A program made the translations under genes and the position numbers. The notes under the pieces were generated by a model. That model saw only the letters and a list, made by a program, of their open reading frames with translations, was not told the origin of the DNA and made no database searches. A stretch of 64,000 nt of DNA from contig OX597822.1 in the NCBI GenBank assembly GCA_951406725.2, positions 26,784,001 through 26,848,000 on the forward strand. The letters are read 5' to 3'. Source of the stretch: Octopus vulgaris. Lineage: Eukaryota. Below are positions 52,961 through 64,000 of this stretch, in pieces; position 1 is the stretch's first letter, and every line of letters starts with the position of its first letter.

Positions 52961-53031
52961 GGCAGCTACGGGAATCGAACCTATACTTCTTAGATACTGG
53001 CTGAGTGCTCTACCATTAAGCTAAACAGCTC
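52961..53031 (-). pseudogene. tRNA-like sequence (pseudogene or SINE head)
   Basis: Minus strand reads gagctgtttagcttaatggtagagcactcagccagtatctaagaagtataggttcgattcccgtagctgcc, with A box tagcttaatgg and B box ggttcgattcc, but imperfect stems. Confidence 0.5.
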
Positions 53032-53479
53032 TTGATAGAAATTTCTCTTGTTATATATCATCATGTTCCTGATCATTTAATGCCTGTTGTCCATGTTGGC
53101 ATGGGTTGGATGGTGTGACCAGAGCTTGCAAGCTGGTGGGACACCAGACTTTAGTCTCATTTGACATGGTTTCTATGGCTGGATGCCCTTCCTGATGCCA
53201 ACCACTTTACAGAGTGTGTTGGGTGCTTTTACATGACACTGTCACAAGTGCTTTACACCACCTGAAGGATCCGTCTTAACACTTCTGCTGTGGTGTATGG
53301 GTCTTTTTGAGTATGGACAGGCACCAGGTATCTCAGTCTTTATTCATGTGACCCAAAAAGTTCAGTTTACTGAGGTCATTCCTCAGTGATATATATATAA
53401 TACCAAGGGAAGATGAAAGAGACTAAATTGGCTGCAGGATAAACCTATAGATTTTTCACACAACACTGTTTGTATAGAC

Positions 53480-53744
53480 CAGTGGTTTTCAATAATTTTT
53501 TGGCTTTCTGTTTGATATTTTACTATACTGGACCCCCATAGCCAATTGAAGTCCTTAAAATCTCATTATATTTTGATAATTAAATAGCAGGTATTGCATA
53601 AAATAATTGTTAAAATATTTTGTGTATAACAGAAGTATAACTAATTGATTGCACATAATTTTTAACAACTGAATCCTATATAGACCCCACCCAAAGGTCA
53701 AGTGGACTCTCTAAGGTCCTGTGGACTCCATTTGAGAACCACTG
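53480..53744. mobile_element. hAT/Charlie-type MITE (related degenerate copy at about 47150-47484)
   Basis: TIRs cagtggttttcaa / ttgagaaccactg. The 8-bp flanks gtatagac and gtatatac match at 7 of 8 positions. Confidence 0.7.
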
Positions 53745-54217
53745 GTATATACAGATATAAATAGATTTTCACATGTGTCCACTTATACAGTTTTGGTTTT
53801 AAAAATCTATAGATATATTCTAAAGATTTATAAATATATTCAAACAAAGCATTTAACACACCAGTAATTTATCAGTCAGTCTAACTACCAAGAATGTGCT
53901 ATATATGCTAAGCGGTTTATTCAGTTTATTTCAGCGCACATTAATAGAGTGTTTTGTTTACAAGCAGTGTCTTCATGATAAGTTACAGAGGGTACTCAGT
54001 TGCTGATGAATTCTCAACATAGGACTGAAACTAGTCTGGTTGGCCCCTCTTTTTCTTTTCATGAAGAAATTTCCTGTAAAAACACATATCGTGACTGCTG
54101 ATAATCTGATCATGCTTTTTCATTTATGGTATAGCATGGAGACAAAACACTCAATGTGCCAGTAAGTATTTAATCTATAAATCTCTCTGAATATTTATCT
54201 ATCTGCCTGTTTGTCAG

Positions 54218-54323
54218 TATATATATATGTGTGTGTGTGTGTGTATGATGTATATATATATATATATATGTATGTATATATGTGTATATATATGTATATA
54301 TATATATGTGTGTATATATATGT

Positions 54324-54361
<38 letters not shown>

Positions 54362-54524
54362 GTATGTATATATATATGTATGTATGTATATATATATGTA
54401 TGCATATATATATATATGTATGTATATATATATGTATGTATATATATATATGTATATATGTATGTATATATGTATATATATGTATGTATATGTGTATGTA
54501 TATATATGTATATATATGTATGTA

Positions 54525-54560
<36 letters not shown>

Positions 54561-54570
54561 TGTATGTATA
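54218..54570. repeat. Compound (TA)n/(TATG)n microsatellite
   Basis: Seen directly. Confidence 0.95.
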
Positions 54571-55876
54571 TTTGTGTGTTTGTTTAACTATTTTCTTACC
54601 TACCACCTATAATTCAGATACTGTTTAAACAGAAGAAGCATTGTTTTGATAAGAAATTTAATATTAGTCTATTTATCAGAGTAATCTTATTAAGAAAAAG
54701 CAAAAAAAATCAGAGATGATATCTGAATTGTTTAGACTAGTTGCTTACTCAGGGAAAATAACTGTTATTAATTCGAAACTGGCATCATTTTCATCATCAT
54801 TTTCATCATCATGGTCTTCATCATCATAATCATCATCATTGTTGTCATCATCATCATTGTCGTCATCATCACCATCATCATCATCATTATTGTTGTCGTC
54901 ATCATTGTCATCACCATCATCGTCATCGTCAGCATATAATGTCTGTTTTCCATGCTGGTATGAGTTGGCTGATGTCACAGAATCTGACAAGCTGCAGGAC
55001 TCTGTGGAACATCAGTGTCAAGCTTTGGTATTTTAGGAATGTTGATTAAAAAGTTATGGTGGGGTGGGGTGGACAGATTAGCCTTATTTGATACAACTGG
55101 AAATTATTTTTTCTAAATAAATAAAAGGAAAACAATAAAAAAAAAAAAATAAAAAAGATTAAAAAGAATTTAAAAAAAAAAAGACACAGGGGCACTATTT
55201 GGCATATAATTTTCTAGTTGATATCAATCTTCATAATGCTTTTTGAATGTGGTAAAATGGCAGAAATATTACAACAACAATAGTTTTTGCTTCAAATCTC
55301 CATATTCTGAGTTCAAACCCTGTCAGAGTCAATGTGACCTTTTATCCTTCCAGGATCATTGTTACTGATATTTGAGTAACGATTAACCATGATTTTACAG
55401 ATGCAAGATCAAAAGCGATCCATTCGTGATCATTCCCTCTATGCTTTTTTTTTTGCAGATATTGCGTTTTGTTATCCAGAATTCCTTTCCTACTTCTAGT
55501 TCACATTTGAGTGTCTGTCTGTCTGTCTCTCTCTCGCTGAGAAAAGCTTCATTTACTGGCCTTCATTTATAAGCATTTACTTGCTTGGGACATGGCCTTG
55601 CTAGCCTGGCATACTATTCAAATACTGTTTGGGACACTATGGTTGATGGTTACAGTAATTGCAATGGTAGAGATCATAGTCAAAACATCTATAGCTGCTG
55701 CTGTTCTTGTTTGCAGTGCTTAGTTCCATGTTTCTGTGTTTTGAGTTCAAATTCTGTCTTAGTTGAGGAAACCTTTTATCTTTTCCATGGTTGTATTTGT
55801 TTAGTCCTTGGTCATCATTCATCGAGTTGGCTTATGTGTTTCAGCTTTAATCATACATTTTTTATTTTATTTATTC

Positions 55877-56238
55877 GTGACACGTAAAAAGCACCAACCA
55901 TTCATGGCCATTGCCAGCCTACCCTGGCATGTAAAAAGCACCATCCATACGTGGCTGATGCCAGCGCTGCCTTGACTGGCTTCCATGTCGATGGCACGTA
56001 AAAACCACCAACTGATCGTGGCCATTGCCAGCCTCCCCTGGCACCTGTGCTGGTGACACGCAAAAAGCACCCACTACACTCACGGAGAGGTTGGTGCTAG
56101 GAAGGGCATCCAGCTGTAGAAACACTGCCAGATCAGACTGGAGCCTGGTGCAGCCTCCTGGCTCTCCAGACCCTGGTCGAACCATCCAACCCATGCTAGC
56201 AGGGAAAACAGACGTTAAACGATGATGATGATGATGAT
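55877..56238 (+). mobile_element. RTE 3'-UTR-derived repeat
   Basis: Same tandem units and (gat)n tail. Confidence 0.75.
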
Positions 56239-57120
56239 TATTATTAAATTTTAAAAAAAAACATTTTTAAGCATAATGAGTGCATACACAAGGACTATAC
56301 CATTTACACTTTAGCATTTAAACTGAACATATCTAGCTAAAATATTCTACTTGTTTTATGTTCAAAGCAGCCAGATCTGGCCTCTCACTCTTATCCTACA
56401 ATGTCATTCTAAAAATATACAATCACATCATCAAAATCTTGATGCTACAGGATAATGCATGATTAATTCAAAACAATGTGAATAAATAAACATTACAGTT
56501 TGACAGAGTAATCCAAATGCGAAAAGGTTGATGTGTTCTTCAAATCTCAAGATGTTATGGTTTATGAAATGATAGAGGTTTCTTTGTTATTCTTTGTAGT
56601 AACCTGAGCAAACCTCATTGTTGAAGTTCCCTCGTTGGCTTGTAAGAACATCAGTTGTTTTAATTAGCTTGCTTCCTTACTGCTTCATCATTTGAGAGAA
56701 TGTCTATCAATCTGACAGCCAGAACTTTCTAAGAGCTTCTGCAGTTAAATGCTAGTCCTTGTTTCTGCACAAGAAATCAATACGTTTAAACCAACAAGAA
56801 CCAATTTTTTTCCTTTCTTTCCCCGCAAGCTATAAATCAAGAAATTTATGGAAGTCTGTAAGGGAAATATATAAATCAAATTAAAGATAAAAAAAGACCT
56901 CAGGCTTTGATTTCCTGTTTGTCGGAGAGATTCGTACAAAAGATATCTGCAATGCAGGTTGCATATAAATTTAGGTGTATATCATCTTGTCGTAGGTTAC
57001 CTAGTAACTAACTGTATGGTTGCAGGTCATAATACCTCGGTGCTATTCAATAGTATTGTGAAACTGGAGCTGCTAACTTTAAAGAATTCAGTCAGATATG
57101 TTTTCACTTTATAATCAGCT

Positions 57121-57234
57121 TATATATATATATATACACACACACATATATATATATATACATATGTATGTATATATATATATACACACATATATATATA
57201 TATATATACATATGTATGTATATATATGTATGTG

Positions 57235-57306
<72 letters not shown>

Positions 57307-57319
57307 CACACACACATAC

Positions 57320-57350
<31 letters not shown>

Positions 57351-57424
57351 TATATATATACATATGTATGTATATATATATATACACACATATATATATA
57401 TATACATATGTATGCATGTATGTG

Positions 57425-57484
<60 letters not shown>

Positions 57485-57515
57485 TACATACATATATATA
57501 TATACACACACATAC

Positions 57516-57570
<55 letters not shown>

Positions 57571-57610
57571 CGCACACACACAAAGAGTGAGAGATACACG
57601 CATACACACA
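57121..57610. repeat. Compound (TA)n/(CA)n microsatellite
   Basis: Seen directly. Confidence 0.95.
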
Positions 57611-58699
57611 TGATGCACTTGTATAATAATTTTAATGAGTTTTTTTTTTTTTTTTTTATTTGCTTGTATTTATTTATAACTCTGGAATATCAATATCACA
57701 TTTGTCAATGGCTGCTTAAGTTGCTTACCAAAGAGGATTGTTTATGTGTGTTTGTGTGTGAGCTTGCTTGTGCATGAATGTGTGTGTGTTTGGCTCTCTG
57801 TACTTGCATAATTATATTACATAAACACAGGCTTGTGTAGTAATACACACAAGTACACGTCTGCTTCTTTGTCTGTTCTGTATGCATATATGTTTATGTG
57901 TGTGTGTGTATGTGTGTATAAAGTGTATGCATGTATATAATCTATGTGCATTTGTATATCTATATAATGTATGTGTGCATCATCATTATCATCATTTTAA
58001 CATCCATTTTACCATTATATCATGCATGCATTGGTCGGATGGAGCTTATTGATGCAGATTTTCTACAGGTGGATGCCCTTTCAGTTGCCTTTCTCAGCAA
58101 AGTAATAATTCGCCATGGTCAAACATGTTTCCATGGAATATTGATAAACAAGTGGAAAATGAATGAAACAGCTTGTATCACAGAGATACAAGCATGCCAG
58201 GCGAAATGCTTAGCGATATTTCATCTGCTGTTATGTTCCAAGTTCAAATTCTGCCGAGATCAACTTTACCTTTCATCCTTTCAAGATCGATTAAATAAGT
58301 ACTAGTTATGCTCTGGGGTCAATGTAACCAACTTAATCCCTTTGTCTGTCCTCTCTGTGTTTAGCCCCCTGAGTCATCCTGAAACTGACTGGTGACCTGT
58401 ACAGCTAGAGAATGTATATACCATGGAAACCAGGAAACTGACTCTGAGTCTATATGACTTGAGAAGGATCATTATCCTTTTTCTGAAAAAGGTGGTAAGC
58501 TGGCAGAATTTTTAGCACGTTGGACAAAATGCTGCTAAGCATTCTGTTCGTCTTTATGTTCTGAGTTCAAATTCCACTGAGGTCAGCTCTGCATTTTTTC
58601 CTTTCAAGGTCAATAAAATTAGAACCAGTTGAACACTGGAGTCAATGTAGAGTTACTCCCTCTCACGAATCTTCTGGCTTTGTACCTAAATTTGAAGCC

Positions 58700-58783
58700 C
58701 TTCTTCTTCTTCTTCTTCTTCTTCTTCTTCTTCTTCTTCTTCTTCTTCTTCTTCTTCTTCTTCTTCTTCTTCTTCTTCTTCTT

Positions 58784-58854
<71 letters not shown>

Positions 58855-58858
58855 CATT
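58700..58858. repeat. (CTT)n grading into (ATT)n/(ATC)n
   Basis: Seen directly. Confidence 0.95.
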
Positions 58859-58859
58859 G

Positions 58860-59412
58860 AATGAGAGAGCAGCGCATGCCATCAAAGTGACACTGGGGTA
58901 AAATATACGAAGCCCAGTATACCCATCATGACTACCCGTCTGATAAGAGTACACCAGGCACATGCATCACAACCATATATGCGCAACATGGTGATCTCAT
59001 ATTAAGATAAACAGCACATGACCTTGCAGTTGAGACCCAGTTGGAATATTGTTCTGCTTGAGTAACCCATCCCACGCAAAAGGACCCTGAATAAGGGTTG
59101 TTTAAAGATGAACAAAACTCCCAAGTTTCCGGAGGTGAATTATTCAAACCCCTAAGAATCCCTCTCAACACATGGCTATGATGCTCCCCCACAACTTCTG
59201 CTCGTGATCAGAGATGCACAAATCGTCAGCCACTAAGGGACATGGTCAACTGGTTAGGGTCAAACAACTGACAAGCAAATCTGTGGTACTGAGCAGAATA
59301 TTTGCTGTAGCCCATCTTTTATACCAAGACAAAACAATGTACATGATAACACTTCCAACCAGTTAAGATCAGAAGCCACGAGAGCCACTGCTTGGTACTG
59401 CATCAGAGCATT
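58860..59412. mobile_element. About 550-bp non-coding interspersed element between (TTC/TTA/TCA)n and (TTA)n tracts
   Basis: Sharply bounded GC-richer block with trinucleotide repeats on both sides and no convincing ORF. Confidence 0.45.
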
Positions 59413-59615
59413 TATTATTATTATTTATAGTAGTAGTAGTAGTAGTAGTAGTATGATAATGATGATGGTCATGATTCATCATGTTTGTTAGTAACCAGAG
59501 CATAAAATATGTGACATTTTTAGGGCTGTGTATAAAAGGAGATAAATAGTAAACCAAGCATTGCTTTAATGAAATCACCTTGAAAAACATCACTGCCAGA
59601 TTCTTATACATACAT

Positions 59616-59661
<46 letters not shown>

Positions 59662-60320
59662 ATGCACATACACACAATCTTATTTTTCCTATTTAAATTG
59701 TTGTGGGTAATTAATTTAGTATTTTATTAGTTTCTTGTCACTAGATTTATAGGACTGATATCCCAAAACGCAGGGTTTTTTATAGGTTGATTGTAGTGGG
59801 TGTGGTTGTGTGGTTGTAGTAACAGTTGTGGTAGCGAAAGTGTAGTTGCAGCAGTAGTAGTAGAAGTAGTAGTAGCAGCATCAGCAGCAGTATTAATATC
59901 CAGGGTTGGGTTGGTGGGAAACAAGATTGTAGAAACTAGGACACAGAAGATTGTAATTAAGGAAGGCAGGTATCATATCTTAATTGAATAGCTTGTAATA
60001 TAAGTAAATAAAAAGAATAAAACAAAATAAAAAAAATGATGCTGGAATAAGTCCATCAATTATGATAATAAACTCTATGAAACACGTTTGCTGATGATAA
60101 ATTATATAACATGACACAAGCAAACTGCTCATTATAGTTATAGCAATAACTCGGTGGGGGGTGGGGACAAAAACAAAAAAGAGAGAAAAATAATGGCTTA
60201 ACTGAGATAAATAAGATTTGGAAGCCAGAAGCCTCATGGTTTTACAGAGTATTGGACAAGGAAGGACACAAACATTCAAGAATACAGAACAAGAATTCCT
60301 CTCAGAAACAAGGAAAACTA

Positions 60321-60321
<1 letters not shown>

Positions 60322-60369
<48 letters not shown>

Positions 60370-60780
60370 GCTACTACTGCTGCTGCTGCTACTACTACTA
60401 CTACTACTGCTGCTGCTGCTACTACTACTACTACTACTACTACTACTGTTGCTGCTGCCTTATCTACTTTCCTTTTTCTTTTTCTTCTTCTTTTTCTTCT
60501 TCCTCTTCTTCACCTTTTTCATTTTCTTCTTTGTTTCTTCTCATTCTTCTCTTTCCTCTCCACCTCCCTTTTCTTTTCCTTCTCATTCTTCATCTTTCCA
60601 TTCTTCTTCCTCTTCTTCTTATCCTCTTCCTCCTCCTCCTCCCCTCCATCTCCTTGTCTGCTTCCTCTCCTCTTCCCCTCCCTCTCCTCCTCTGCTTTCT
60701 CTCCTCCTCTGTTTCGTCTACTCCCCCTCCCTCCCCTTCCTCTCCTCTGTTTCCTCTCCTCCTCTTCCATCATCATCATA
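60322..60780. repeat. (CTA/CTG)n followed by a long pyrimidine-rich low-complexity tract
   Basis: Seen directly. Confidence 0.9.
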
Positions 60781-61590
60781 ATCTCGTTTTTTTTTCATGT
60801 TCCTCTTCTGCTCCAACTTACTCGCATCCCATCCATGCAAGCATGGAAAACTAAACACCAAAACACTGACAATGGCATTACAGAAGTATGGCATTACTGA
60901 TAGCCTTGCCAAATTCTGTTTCCTAAAACCTATTTCCTCATCAACTTCTTGGAACTCAAATAAAGAAATATACTTTGCATTACATAATTCTACCTTTTAG
61001 TGAGATTTTCAGGAGTGTAATGTTACAGCATGGCTGTCTAGCTTAGAAGTTTGCTTCGTAATGTGGTTTGGGGTTTAGGACCAATGCATAGTGCCCTGGG
61101 CAAGTGTCTTCTACTATAACCCCTGGCCAACTAAATTCTGGTGAATGGATTTAGTATGGAAATTTAAAGAAGCCTGTCATATATTTATGTGTGTGTGTGT
61201 GTGTGTAGACATGGCTTTGTGGTAAGAAGTTAGCTTCTCATCCACAGGGTTCCAGGTTTAATCTTCTGCCAAAAGCAGACTTGTGAATGAATTTCATAGA
61301 CAGAGATGGAAAGAAGCCAGTCACATATATATATATATATATATAGGGAGAATTCATGAAAAAACAAAAGACGAAGACAGGTGATGTAGAAAACAAACAG
61401 ATGCATTAGTATAACGCTCAGGAATAGAAAAAGTCTTTTACGTTTCGAGCCTACTCTTTTCCACAGAAAGGAACACAGAAAAGAAGGAGAGAAAAAAATG
61501 TGTGTAGTGGCTATATATATATATATATATATAGTATTATTAGACGCTCAGGAAGGAAGGGAAGAAGGAGGGTTTAACGTTTAACATATA

Positions 61591-61907
61591 GTGAAGGCGC
61601 GTGGCTCAGTGGTTAGAGCGTCAAGCTTACGATCATGAGGTTGTGAGCTCGAATCCCGAACCGGGCTGCGTGTTGTGTTCTTGAGCAAGACACTTTATTT
61701 CTCGTTGCTCCAGTTCACTCAGTAGTAGAAATGAGTCGCGATATCACAGGTGTCAAGCTGTATCGGTCTTTGTCTTTCCCTTGGATAACACTGGTGATGT
61801 GGAGAGGGGAGGCTGGTATGCATGGGCGACTGCTGGTCTTCCATAAAAACAACCTTGCCCAGACTTGTGCCTCAGAGGGTAACTTTCTAGGTGCAAGCCC
61901 ATGGTCA
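61591..61907 (+). mobile_element. tRNA-derived SINE family A (CORE-like middle), young copy
   Basis: tRNA-like head with A box tggctcagtgg and B-box-like gctcgaatccc, then ttcttgagcaagacactttatttc..ccagttcactcag..gtagaaatgagt. Confidence 0.8.
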
Positions 61908-62017
61908 GTGGGACTGAACCCGGAATCATGTTGTTGGTAAGCAAGCTACTTACCACACAGTCACTCCTGCACCTGTATATACTGCGGAACAGTCATTTTA
62001 ACGAGTTGTATTTCTTT

Positions 62018-62123
62018 ATCACCTGACGAGATACATCTGCACCACTGGATGCTCCTGAACCAGTTGTTGAGTGTCCAACCCAAGAGGAATTGATGCTGGA
62101 CGTGTCGAAACAATTATCGTAAT
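62018..62123 (+). ncRNA. Type I hammerhead with about 77-nt extended stem II (second family)
   Basis: atcac CTGACGA gatacatc...ggacgtgtc GAAA caatta TC gtaat. Core intact; stems I and III each have one mismatch. Confidence 0.65.
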
Positions 62124-62166
62124 TAATAATAAATTCTTGTATATTCCATCTTCCATCTTTCATTTG

Positions 62167-62203
<37 letters not shown>

Positions 62204-62219
62204 TATATATATCTCCCCT

Positions 62220-62430
62220 GACTGTTACCAGCCTCCCCTGGCACGTAAAAAGCACCCACTACACTCACGGAGTGGTTGATGTTAGGAAGGGCATCCAGCT
62301 GTAGAAACACTGCCAGATCAGACTGGAGCCTGGTGCAGCCTCCTGGTTCCCAGACCCCGGTCAAACCATCCAACCCATGCTAGCATGGAAAACGGATGTT
62401 AAACGATGATGATGATGATGATGATGATGA
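62220..62430 (+). mobile_element. RTE 3'-UTR-derived repeat (short)
   Basis: ggcacgtaaaaagcacccactacactcacggagtgg...aaacgatgatgat. Confidence 0.75.
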
Positions 62431-62477
<47 letters not shown>

Positions 62478-63460
62478 ATGGGGAGAGCGTTATGAAGAAG
62501 CAGATAATATTGTAATATATATGTTATAAAACATTAGCACTTACATTTGGAACTGAGCAAAGAACAAGCTTTTCAATAGCACTTGAAAGTTGTAAGTAGC
62601 ACATTCTTGCTAAGTATCAAGTATATCTCAGAGTACCTGTCACATTTCAAATTAAGCCATAAACTAACATGTCTACGTCCACAATGACAACATTTGTTTC
62701 TTAGATAATTTATAATTCACTTATACTCTTTCACCATCCAACATACACAACAGATAATCTGTTCTACTTCTGTAAAACACAGTGAAGTATCACAATTTTG
62801 TTCTAAATCTCTGGTGAGAATTAATCCCCTAACATCATTATCATTGCCCACTTTGCTTAATGTCCACTTTGCTTGCATGGGTCAGGAGGAATTTGTTGAT
62901 GCAGATTTTCTACAGCCAGATGCACTTCCTGTTGTCAACCTTCACATGTTTCCAAGCATTGTAATATCTTCCCATAGCTAGTCATGTTCCTCATGAAACA
63001 CCGGAAATACACAACATTGCTTGTATGGCAGCAAGCTTGTTTACAACTATCATGTGATGTTAAGACAAGGGTATGCACAAAAGACACACACATATGACAA
63101 GCTTCTTTCAGTTTCCATCTACCATATCCTGTCTCAAGGCCTTGGTTGACTTGAGATCTAAGACACATGCCCAAGGAGCTACACAGTGGAACTGAACCTG
63201 AAACCAGTTTCAAAGCAAGCTTCTCAACAACACATCCGCATTTGGATTATTAATATGCTGGTTTCAAATTTTGGCATAAGGCCAGCAATTTCGGGGTGCA
63301 GTGGGTGAGTGGTGGTAAATCAATTAAATCGACCCTAGGGTACAACTGGTACTTATTTTATTAACCCTGAAAAGATGAAAAGCAAAGTGAACTTTCACAG
63401 AATTTGAACTCAGAACATAATGACGGAGGAAATGCTGGTAAGCATTTTGCCTGGTCTAAC

Positions 63461-63675
63461 TATTCTTTTCTACACTATGCACAAGGCCCAAAATTTTTGA
63501 GGAGGGAGCCAGTCGATTAGGTTGACCCCAGTACACAACTGGTACTTAATTCATTGATCCTGAAAGGATGAAAGGCAAAGTTGACCTCGGTGGAATTTGA
63601 ACCCAGAATGTAAAGACAGACAAAATACCACTAAGCATTTCTCCAACATGCTAACATTTCTACCAGCTCACCGCC
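63461..63675 (-). mobile_element. SINE family C (further copies at about 4020-4130, 48090-48258, 48850-49260, 58195-58370, 58490-58700, 63260-63455)
   Basis: gaaaggatgaaaggcaaagttgacctcggtggaatttgaac...ccagctcaccgcc. Confidence 0.75.
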
Positions 63676-64000
63676 TTATGAATTACTAATTAACAGCTAA
63701 GATTATAGTATAAATCATATAAGACATTAAAAGGACTAATCTGCGACAGAAAAATACATGTACTGCTAGAAGAATGTGAGTTGATGTTGACTTTTGTTGG
63801 ATTTGAACTCACAATGCAAAGGGCTATAACTAAATGCAGCAATTCTTTTCTTTTGTTTTTTTTTCAGTACTTTAGTGAATCTACTAATCAACCATCCTTG
63901 GTACTTCTATGAATTATTATTAACATTTTGTCGTTGTAATAGTAGTGGTAAAGACATTGTATGACTAAATTATTTTGATCAGTTATTGATTTCTAAATTC

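Noticed and set aside
60218-60854. 187-200 aa ORFs with poly-L/Y and S/P-rich runs; similarly 58619-58963 (poly-K/F/R) and 28610-28896
   Set aside because: Trinucleotide and pyrimidine-rich low-complexity tracts.
61591-61665. Functional tRNA genes at SINE heads (also 45190, 33531, 46174)
   Set aside because: They continue directly into shared SINE bodies and lack a complete cloverleaf and terminator.

Overview
AT-rich eukaryotic genomic DNA packed with microsatellites and interspersed repeats. The tRNA-derived SINE families, RTE tails and (TA)n/(CA)n density suggest a coleoid cephalopod, probably Octopus (inference). The only host coding sequence I can support is one 53-bp + strand exon (49909-49961, VGVGSWCFHMTLLYSMQ) of an alkaline ceramidase 3 (ACER3)-like gene, so the window is probably almost entirely giant intron. 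Nearly all ORFs in the supplied track are microsatellite or repeat artefacts. The exception is a decayed Penelope-like element (RT + GIY-YIG, 25199-28068, minus strand) inserted into the internal (TA)n of a SINE. Other repeats are CR1 and RTE LINE remnants, three tRNA-headed SINE families, TTAA (piggyBac-type) and hAT-type MITEs and a possible Helentron derivative. The most striking hidden layer is catalytic RNA: about a dozen type I hammerhead-ribozyme motifs from several unrelated short Penelope-derived elements, mostly beside (TA)n tracts. Two families have unusually long (about 77-85 nt) structured stem II insertions, and one of these sits in both arms of an apparently perfect 485-bp inverted repeat. 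There is also one HDV-like ribozyme candidate. All calls were made by eye; coordinates of old repeats are approximate.
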